From the NCBI GenBank assembly GCA_013416795.1, contig RQSC01000020.1, positions 375,035-388,726 of the forward strand: 13,692 bases of DNA, written 5' to 3'. Positions 1 through 10,988 of this stretch are shown here, in pieces. The stretch comes from Prasinococcaceae sp. CCMP 1430 (taxonomy: Eukaryota; Plantae; Prasinodermophyta). Made by a program: the position numbers and the translations under genes. Below the pieces are notes generated by a model, which saw only the letters and a program-made list of their open reading frames with translations, did no database searches and had not been told where the DNA came from. How positions within the stretch are numbered: the stretch's first letter is position 1; each line of letters opens with the position of its first letter.

Positions 1-1216
1 CGCGCGCGCCCGCAGCCGCCGCCGCCGCCGCGCCCCGCACCCGCCCGCCGCCGACCGGGTTTGGGTTCAACGCCGAGGGTTTCGGGCAAACGCGGGGTTT
101 CGGTCCAAAAGAAATAGGGTCCACATCGACCTGCCTAAAAAGCTACTGTACGTGCCTCCCCTCGCACTTCACCTCTCTGCTCTCAATTTGACAGCACGGT
201 ACAGTCTGCGTGCAATTTGACGGGGAAAAAAGGTGGTACGGCCGCGCACGAAACACCCCCGCGAACATATGCATTGCAATGTACGTACGGCTGCGAATTC
301 CGGCACGTCCGTATGAAAATGAATGGGGTGGGAAAAGGTTTAAAAAAAAAGAAAAACGTGTGGCGGGAAGAGGGTGCCGGCGGCCGCGTGGCGATCGCGC
401 GGATATCCGTGGTGCCACAGGCCGGGGTGCTGGGCGCGCGGGCGCTGGCCAGTCGCTCCTCACCCCCGCAAGCCAACCCGCACCTTTACGGTCACACCCA
501 CTGAAAGGGTTTATAAGATTCGTCAAATAACACTCAACTCGACGCGGATTCCCTCGGCGTCGGGTTCGGGTCCGGGCGCGCGCCGCGCGCGCGCGCGCGC
601 GCGCGCGCGTGGCGGGCGCTGCCGGCCACACACGCACTGGATAAGATTTAGGTCGAAATGCATCTGAATGAGTCACGTCAAAATGCACGCGTCGTATCTA
701 AATCACAAGAGTGGCGTGAGGTGCGGATGCTCCACATGTGCATGTGAAACAAATACAAACCCTCTCACTGCCAACACATAACCCAACCCAAACCACGCCT
801 GCCCGAAAGGTCCCACTCCCGGCGGTGCAAACGATCCGGACCGTGCTCAACCTGACCACAGGCGAGATGCCCGAGGCATCCGCCGCGCGAGACAGGCCAT
901 TGAGGGCACGCTCACGCGGGAGGAAGCTGAGTTCTACCTGCGGGTGAGGGCGGCCGCGACATCAAAGGCGCGTACGATTGTCACACAACAATGCATCAAG
1001 TACGGCGCAAGAAGTCATGTCTCCGACGAACAAGCACAAGCACTCCAGAACGTCTTCACGTGAGCGACTCGTAAATCACTCTCAATGCCATCGCTGTCCG
1101 CCTGTGTGTGGAAGAAGTCTTTCACGCGCGCACGCGGGCACGCGGATACAAAGGTGGGTACAGCGCGGCCGACCACACCAGTAGCACTCCAACAACCCGA
1201 CACCAATGGGAGCTCG

Positions 1217-1420
1217 CGTGTGCTACGGCCGGCGGTGCGCTGGCTGCGGACCCAAGGGGGTGCGGCTACTTTGATATTTAGACGATTTTCTACTGCCGGC
1301 GGGGTCGCCGGAGGAGGTGAGGACGCAACGCGAGCGCGCAGTAAACCTCTTCCGACGATTGGGGTTAACGTTGCAAGAGCAACTGGCGACCGTGAAGACT
1401 CATTTTATGGCATCGTGTCT
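1217..1420 (+). mobile_element. Degenerate reverse transcriptase fragment, probably from a DIRS-like (tyrosine-recombinase) retrotransposon
   Basis: Manual translation across frames: RVLRPAVRWLRTQG (1217-1258), then a +1 shift in a G-run to GVRLL*YLDDFLLPAGSPEEVRTQRERAVNLFRRLGLTL (YLDD at 1275-1286, stop at 1272-1274), then another shift to KSNWRP. This follows the DIRS1-RT pattern LRxxGxRxxxYLDDxL...LGxxxxxxKSxxxP. GC content is lower than in neighbouring genes. Confidence 0.65.
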
Positions 1421-1657
1421 TGGTCCAGTCCAATGGCCCAAGTATTGGCGGCGCCGCGAAATCCACCACGAGGAGCCTTCGCGCGCTCGCACCGGCGGCT
1501 AATTTTTCTGTGTGCGTTTTGATCACCCAACACCAATTCGCACATCAATTTGCACCTCGTATCTCTCGTGTGTGGACAGAAGTGTCCCAATGATGGTCTC
1601 CTGTACCCACGGGCGACATCCAGGAAAGCACCGTGCTGAAGTGGCACAAGTGCGCGC

Positions 1658-1890
1658 GGGCGCGAGTCCTGCCACCGAGACCCACACACTCTCACAGAGG
1701 CGCTACGCTCACACGCAGGGACCGATGCCAAAGTGGGCGCGAGTACTACCACGTTGAGACCCACACACCCTCACACACGCGCTACGCTCACACGCAGGGA
1801 CCAATGCCAACGTGGGCGCGAGTCCTACCACGCTGAGACACACACACCCTCACACACGCGCTTTGCTCACACGCAGGGACCAATGCCAAT
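1658..1890. repeat. Minisatellite: 3 tandem copies of a 77-79 bp unit
   Basis: Units start GGGCGCGAGT at 1658, 1735 and 1814. Each contains GAGACMCACACAC...GCTCACACGCAGGGACCRATGCCAA. Identity is roughly 90% by eye. Confidence 0.95.
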
Positions 1891-1960
1891 TCGGCCGTTA
1901 CGTTCCCGACTGCCCAATCTCGCCCCTGCCACCATCGCCCCGCCTCCGGGGAGCGAGCGC

Positions 1961-4481
<2,521 letters not shown>

Positions 4482-4604
4482 GGCGGCGCGCGCTGCGGCG
4501 GGCGTGCGCGGCGGAGGCGGCCGCGCGGCGCTGTGTGGCGTCCTGTGCGCACGCGCACCCCGCTCTACGCACCCACACGCTGACACATGCGCTCACACAC
4601 GCTG

Positions 4605-4615
4605 ACATATGCGCT

Positions 4616-4647
<32 letters not shown>

Positions 4648-4692
4648 CACGCACACACACGCACACACACAGGCACACACACGCGCGCGCGC
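4605..4692. repeat. (CA)n/(GC)n microsatellite upstream of the SET-like gene start
   Basis: Interrupted CA run followed by (CG)n. Confidence 0.9.
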
Positions 4693-5138
4693 ACGGAGCC
4701 GCCGCCGCGAAAATTCGAACTCCGCAGCGCCTCAAAACCTGAACCATTTTGGATCCTTTAAGGTACGCAATTTCATGGCACCGAATTGTCATGATCAAAT
4801 TGAGTCATTGAAGGAAAAAGGGTTCGTAGATTTGATGCGCCCCGGCGGTCTCGCAGCAGGAACACTCCCGTGGGTGCAATGTACGTATATGTAGGTGTAA
4901 TGTCGTGCTGGCTTGACGGTTACATTTGAATGCATTTTGACGTGCACACGTGGCAGGCAGCGCCGGGTGCGCTGCGCCCGCTGCTGCCAGAGAGGGGAGG
5001 GGAGGGGGGCGCGCCGCCACGGGGGTGTGTCACTCACAGGCGTCGCGCGCGGCGCGGCAGGCCGTGGCGCGCCGGAGCGTCTTGCAAGCGGGCGTCAGAA
5101 CGCGGCGCGGGCGCGGGCGCGAGCGCCGGCGAGGCGTC

Positions 5139-6261
5139 ATGACGGCGACGGAGTCAGAGACGTCCGCCGAGGGGCTGCCGGTGGTGGTGCCGCGGGTCGA
5201 CTTCGGCGCGTACGCGGCAGTCGAGGGCGGCACCGGGGGCGGCGCTAGCGTCGGCGTTGGCGTCGGTGGCGGCGCGTGCTCAGCTCCGGACTCGGCGCGC
5301 GAGGATATCGAGGGATGATGGCGCCGCCGCGTGGGACGGGGCGTGCCGCGAGCACGGCTTTGCCGCGGCGCAGCTGCCACTGGGCGCGCTCGACGCGGCG
5401 CTGCTGCGGCGGGCCTTCGACGCCGCCGAGGCGCTCTTCGGCCTGCCCGACGCGCACAAGGCGACCGCGCTCGCGCGAAACGCCGGCAGCGCCAACGTGG
5501 GCTACTCCCCGCGCGCCTCGGAGGCGCTCGACCCCGCGGGCGGCCGCGCGTGCGACAAGGAGTGCTTCAACGTGCGCGTCACGGGCAACGACTTCGCGGG
5601 CTGCCCCGAGGGCTTCGAGGAGGTGGCGATGGAGCTGCTGGGCGCCATGAAGGGGGCGGCAGTGGCGTTGGCGCGTGCAGCGGCGGACGCGCTGGGCCTC
5701 CCCGCCGACGACGGCGACTTCTTTTGCCGCGCGCTCCGGGCGTTCGACCTTTGCACGCTGCGCTTCGTGCACTACCCCCCCACGAGCATGCCCGAGGGCG
5801 AGTGCCACGCCCTGCGGTGCGGCGCCCACACAGACTTCGGCATGCTCACCATCCTCGCCGTGCGCGACTTCCGAAGCGGGCTGCAGGCCACGCCGGTCGA
5901 CGGCGGCGAGGCGAGCGACGCCGCCGGGGTGGCCGCGCAGCGGCTGCCGTGGAGGGACGTGCACGTCGCCGGGGGCGATCGCGACTGCGTCGTCATCAAC
6001 ACGGGGGCGATGCTGGCGAGGTGGACGAACGACGTGTGGCGAGCGACGGCGCACCGCGTGGTCGCGCGCGGCGCCGAGGAGCTGGGCGCGTCCCGCTACT
6101 CGATCGCCTTCTTCGTCGACCCCGACGCGGACACGCAGGTAGCGACGCACCCCGCGCTGCTGCGCGGCGCGGGCCCGCGGTACGAGGCCATCTCGGCGCT
6201 GAGCTTCCTCACCGCCAAGATAGAGGAGATGCAGAGGGGCGCCGCGCGCTCGCCGGCGTAG
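5139..6261 (+). CDS. 2-oxoglutarate/Fe(II)-dependent dioxygenase, IPNS-like (DIOX_N + 2OG-FeII_Oxy)
   Basis: Main frame 5284-6261 has WDGACREHGF, GYSPRASEALD..DKECFN, HTD (CGAHTDFGMLTIL), VINTGAMLARWTNDVWRATAHRV and the RYS motif. The N-terminal LPVVVPRVDF strand lies in another frame starting at ATG 5139. It can be joined by a GT..AG intron at 5220-5283 or by a 1-nt frameshift; the junction is uncertain. Confidence 0.9.
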
Positions 6262-6385
6262 CAGGCGCGGCGGCGGCGGCGCCGCGGTATGGAGGCGGAC
6301 GGGACGCGTATAATACACACACCAGTTTACAACAGGGGCGCCCGAGGGGAGCTCGTGGGGGCGGGTCGCGCCTCGGCGGCATACT

Positions 6386-7144
6386 CTAGAGCATGGGCAG
6401 GATGTCGTACGGGTTGGCGCCGACGTGCGGCGAGCCGATGTGCGGCCTCCTCACTCGGCCGACCGGCACGGGGAGGATCGCGAAGTGGTCCGTGCGGCGC
6501 ATGTACCCGGCGGACACGCTCACCGCCCAGCGCCAGAAGTTGCGGTAGTGCGCGTCTGGGTCGCCCCTGAGTCCGTAGTTGGAGACGGACGCGTCGCGCG
6601 TGGCGCGCTCGGCCGCCTGGCGCGAGCGGCGCGCGTCGGCGGGCCGCCAGTCGCGCGCCCGCCCCCCCTCCGCCGAGCACTGCAGCGAGAGCGTGTCCAC
6701 GAACGCCTCCGCGGCGTTCGCGCCGGAGAAGGCGCCCAGCACCAGGCACCGCGAGCGCCCGGCGCCATAGCCCCCGCCCCAGCGCCAGTGCAGCACGCAG
6801 TGCACGCGCGGCGCGTACTCGGGCAGGTTGGCCAGCTCGCGCAGAATCGCCGCCACGCAGGCCTCCGGCAGCGAGGCGAATGGGTTGCCGTCGCTGTCGT
6901 CCTTGGCACGCGACGCGCGCAGCACGGTGCGCACCGCCGGCGCGAGCGTCCCCTCGTACGCCGCCAGCCGCCCGCGGCCCGCCGCGGGGTCGAAGGTGGC
7001 GTCGCGCACGGCGTCCTCGGCCTCCCCTCCGACGCCGTCGGCTTCGGCGCCCTTCGCAGCCCCCGCGACCCTCTCGGCCTTGGAGCGCTCCACCGTCGCC
7101 GCGGTGGTGCCCTGCACGAAGTGCATCTGCACGTCGAAGCGCAT
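6386..7144 (-). CDS. Hypothetical protein (>=252 aa) with an internal F-box-like motif; 5' end uncertain
   Basis: Long non-repetitive frame with protein-like composition, ending at TAG 6388-6386. First in-frame ATG is at 7144, but the frame stays open further upstream. Motif FASLPEACVAAILREL. TGTAA (a chlorophyte-type polyA signal) lies 55 nt past the stop (6331-6327), which is weak support. Confidence 0.6.
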   Translation of the reverse strand: MRFDVQMHFVQGTTAATVERSKAERVAGAAKGAEADGVGGEAEDAVRDATFDPAAGRGRLAAYEGTLAPAVRTVLRASRAKDDSDGNPFASLPEACVAAILRELANLPEYAPRVHCVLHWRWGGGYGAGRSRCLVLGAFSGANAAEAFVDTLSLQCSAEGGRARDWRPADARRSRQAAERATRDASVSNYGLRGDPDAHYRNFWRWAVSVSAGYMRRTDHFAILPVPVGRVRRPHIGSPHVGANPYDILPML

Positions 7145-8048
7145 CACGTCGTTGGTGCCCGGGATGGCCACCACGACGTTGTGGCCGCACGCGGTCGGCG
7201 GGGCGCGCGCGGCGCTGGCGGGCGGACGGAGCTGCACAGGGGCGCTGTGCGGCGCTGAACCCACGCAGTGTCGACGGCGGACAGGCGCAGGCACCCGGGC
7301 GGCCCAACATTGTACAGTAGTGACCACTGTACGTACATGTAGTGCTACAGTACGTAGACTACTGTACTGCAAACCCTAAGTATGTAAGGGTAGGGTTTAT
7401 TATTTGGCGCGCTATGCGCTTGTGCGGGGCGCGGTGGGGATCTNTGGACTTGCGGCTCGCGAGCTCCAGACGCCCGCCGCCCCGACGCGGGCGACGGCCT
7501 CTGGCGCACCCGTGCCGCTGCTGTGCTGTGCTGCTGCTGTGCTGTGCTGTGCGCGGCCCCTGGACCCCATCCAAACCCTTATCCAAAGAATACCCTAAAC
7601 CGAAGGGGGGCGTGCGGGTGCCCAGCAGCACCCCACCGACCTCTCCCCGCCACGCTCACCGCCACCCCCCACACACACACACAAACCCCACACCCCCACC
7701 CACCCCTCACCCCCACGCACCCCACGCCGCGCGTGAGGCAGGCAGGCGCGAGGGCGCCGTGGCACGCCACGCGGGGGACTTCGCCACGTGGTCCTTCCGT
7801 TACGTGCACGCGCGCGCGCGGATGGCACAGAAGAATAAAATCAATGTGATGGAGCGGCCTCTGTCGTGCACCCCTCCCCTCGCCGTCGCGAGGGGCCCCG
7901 CCGCCCGAGCCAAAAATGGGGGGCGGGGGACAGACGCCGCTGTGTGTGTGCGCTCCGCCGCGCGCGGCGGCTCGCGCGGGGCCTCGGCGCCGGCGCGCGC
8001 GCGCGCTGCGCTCCCCTCCGCCCCTTCGCCGCAGTGGCCGGCGCCGCC

Positions 8049-9080
8049 TTAGATCATCGTCGAAAGGACCTTCTTGGCCTCGTCGTAGCCGACCAGCACG
8101 AGGGCGCCGCCGGTGCCGCGCAGGATGTTGGCGCCGGCGCCCTTGAAGAAGGCGCCCACGCCCTCCTCGGCGGCGATCTTACCCCAGCAGTCCATGGTGC
8201 TCTTGTAGTACTTCTCCTTGCCGCCCGACTGCATCATCATGCGACGGCGCACGGTGTCGAAGGGGTACGAGATGATGCCAGCAGCGGTGGTGACGACCTG
8301 GGCGGTACCCCAGCGGAGGAAGAAGTTGGCCTCCTTGCCGCCGATGGCGTCCGAGGCAGTGTCGTACAGGCCGAAGTAGGCGCCGCGGTACACGACGATG
8401 CCCTGCACCGACACGCCGAAGCCCTGGTACAGCGCGTTGGCGCCGCCCCTGGAGAAGGTCTTGCCGATGCAGTCGATGAGGCCGGTGAACTCGCGATCCG
8501 AGCCCTTGCCGACGTCGGCGGCCAGGCGGGTACGCGCGAAGTCGAGCGGGTACACGATGAGCAGCGACGAGGCGCCGGCCGCGCCGCCCGACGCCACGTT
8601 GGCGCCGAACGACTGCCAGAACTGCGTCTTCGGGTCGTACTTGGGGAACATCGCCTTGAAGGTGTCCTTGAAGGCGAAGTTGAACGCCTGCGTGGGGAAG
8701 TAGCGCACGACGTTGGCCATGTTGCCGCGCCAGAACGAGCCGACGCCCTGCTCCGCGGACACGCGCGTGAAGCAGTTGACGATGCCGGTGTAGCGCGGGA
8801 TCTCGCCCGACACGATGCGCGGGTTGGCGTCCTGGGTCTGGATGAGCATCTTCACGCGCTCGATCGGGGCGACGACCGTCTTCGACACGGCGGCCGACAC
8901 GCCGCCCGCGAGGAAGTCGACCACGAAGTTGCCCTCCTTCTTGGCGGCGATGGCGGGCGCCTTGACCGCGGCGGTCGCGGCGAGCTTCTGCGCGACGGTC
9001 GGCTCCTGCGCCGACGCGGCCGCGAAGCCCTGCTGCTTGCGGTACGCGTTCATCACGACCTGCGAGGTGAAGGAGGCCAT
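8049..9080 (-). CDS. ANT: Mitochondrial ADP/ATP carrier (adenine nucleotide translocase, SLC25), intronless, 343 aa
   Basis: Three carrier repeats with Px[DE]xx[KR] motifs (PIERVK, PLDFAR, PFDTVR), the AAC signature RRRMMM, and conserved [24 protein letters not shown] and [10 protein letters not shown]. Confidence 0.98.
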   Translation of the reverse strand: MASFTSQVVMNAYRKQQGFAAASAQEPTVAQKLAATAAVKAPAIAAKKEGNFVVDFLAGGVSAAVSKTVVAPIERVKMLIQTQDANPRIVSGEIPRYTGIVNCFTRVSAEQGVGSFWRGNMANVVRYFPTQAFNFAFKDTFKAMFPKYDPKTQFWQSFGANVASGGAAGASSLLIVYPLDFARTRLAADVGKGSDREFTGLIDCIGKTFSRGGANALYQGFGVSVQGIVVYRGAYFGLYDTASDAIGGKEANFFLRWGTAQVVTTAAGIISYPFDTVRRRMMMQSGGKEKYYKSTMDCWGKIAAEEGVGAFFKGAGANILRGTGGALVLVGYDEAKKVLSTMI

Positions 9081-9368
9081 CTCTTCTGGAGTTGGGCAGC
9101 GGTAGTCGTCGGTGCGTAGTCGGTGCGGGCTAAAATCGTGTCGCCTGTGGGTGTTTCAGCGTGTGTTCTCGTATGTGTGTGCTGGACTAGTTTGGCATCT
9201 GATCTTTCGTGTTGACGGTGTTGGGTGCGCTGGCCTCCGTCGCCCCGCGGCGAGCAGCAGCGAGAGCGAGTGGTGGGGGCGTGCGTGTGTGTGTGTGAGC
9301 GCGTGGGCGCGCGCGTGCGCGCGTGCGTGCGTGTCGCCCTTGGCTATGCGGCACAGCAAAGTTACAGC

Positions 9369-9889
9369 TCAGCTTCCCCCCGGCGAACCGCTCTTCGCTC
9401 CGCGCGGGCGCGCCCGCGCAAGCAACTCCCCGCGCGCGAGCACGCGCTCGAGCGCCCCGTCGGCCACGTGTGGCTGCAGCTCCCACGCGCCCTCGTACGC
9501 GCGCAGCGTCGCGGGCGGCACGTGCGCCCACACGTCGCGCGCGATGGCGCACTTCATCGCGCAGTCGGCGCCCAGCGCGTCCGCCGTGGCCGCCAGCGTG
9601 AGCGCCAGCTGCAGCGGGGACACGGGCGCGGGCAGCGCGTACCCTGGCTCAGGGCGCAGCGCGCACGCCGCGGGAGACAGCGGGGTACTCGTCGCGGCAG
9701 GCGGGAGCGCGGCTGCGTGGTCCGCGGGTGTGTGTGGCGTGTGCGGGTGTGGGTGCGGCGCGCGAGGTCCGTCTGCGGTGGCCAGTGGGAGTGTGNGAGG
9801 GCGCGCGCGCGCGCGCAACGACGGCGCCCTCCCTCGCCCCCCGTCCCTCCCGCGCCCGCCACCTCACGCGCCGCCTCATCCTCCTCCAT
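9369..9889 (-). CDS. Putative small 2-exon hypothetical protein (~121 aa)
   Basis: Exon 1 is 9889-9868 (MEEDEAA, donor GTGAGG). Exon 2 runs from 9712 (alternative acceptor 9772) to TGA 9371-9369, and both acceptors are phase-compatible. Exon 2 reads LQLALTLAATADALGADCAMKCAIARDVWAHVPPATLRAYEGAWELQPHVADGALERVLARGELL. TGTAA follows the stop. No recognisable domain. Confidence 0.4.
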
Positions 9890-10988
9890 CCCAACGCCGC
9901 AACGCACGCGCGCGGCGCGGGCCAGCGCACCTGAGAGAGAGGGGGGGGGAGGGGGGCCGGGTGCCTGCGGTCGCGCGCGCGGTGTGGCGCGTGGGTGCCA
10001 CGCGCCCCGCCCGCGCAAAATCTACGCGCATTTACGGTCAAATCCAAACAGGGTCTTAACATGTGCAACCCCGGAGGTCACTTCGAACGCGGGGCGGGAC
10101 GGGTGGGGAGCCCGGCGCTGTCTGGGAGGGGGCATGCAGGTCAAAGGGCACGCGCGGTCGAAACTCTAGGTGTATTCTTGTTGGAGTCAATCTTAGTCAC
10201 TTCTCACGTGATTTCGTTTGGCAAATCAAACGGGACGCGACGCGGGTCGGCAAAGCGGCACGTCAGACGGGATTGAGAAGCGGGGCGAGGGCACTTCGAA
10301 GGCGATTGGGTTTGGGTTGGGGCCGTTTGGGTTGCGGGTGACCGCTGGGCGGCGCGCGGGAAAATCTGCGCGCGCCGGGCCGATCGGGGCGGCGGCGCGC
10401 ACTTCCGCACATTGCATGTCAATTCGAGGTCAAAATATTTCGTCGTGCTGGAAATTCTGAAGCACGCTATATGATGAGTAAACGTCGTAATATATCTGAT
10501 TTCGCCTGACATCCGCGGGATCTGCTTCTTCCGTTTTTTTGATGACAATGCACGTTCGAAAAAATTCGTCGCGCAGGAGGTACTGATGCACCTTCCATAA
10601 CCTGAAAACGCCATAATAAGTGGATTTCGCCAGAAAATAGCGGAATGTTGCACGCCACCACTCCGCGCGGGCACGTTGGCTTGACCCGCGCCGCCGCCAA
10701 AAAAAACGCGGAATTGGAATTAACAACATTGGGAAAATACACATGTTTAAATGTTTAAATGCACTATGAATGACTTGCATCTACATGATGAAATGCCATC
10801 CGTGTTTTTTATCGCTGCCAGACCTATGCCGTCGGCGCGGCCGCGCGCAGCGGCGGCTGCGGCCACTGCGCGCGCCGCCGACGCACCGCCCCACCCCCCG
10901 CGGCAGCCATGGTGCGTCGGAGCGCGAGATGCGCGAGGGGCCGCCGGCGGCCNGCAGGGTGGCCGGGGCGCACGAGGGAGAGAGAGCC

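Noticed and set aside
143-688. ORFs in the first 700 bp
   Set aside because: Several overlap on both strands, they include homopolymer and (GC)n runs, and none has a recognisable motif. The region looks intergenic.
1658-1890. Tandem array as a CRISPR-like repeat-spacer array
   Set aside because: The units are homologous along their whole length with no unique spacers, and the context is eukaryotic.
5245-9119. Long antisense or alternate-frame ORFs over real genes (5245..6318, 5331..6389, 6327..7310, 6425..7258, 7866..9119)
   Set aside because: Shadow ORFs expected from very high GC3. They are Arg/Gly/Ala-rich with no motifs.
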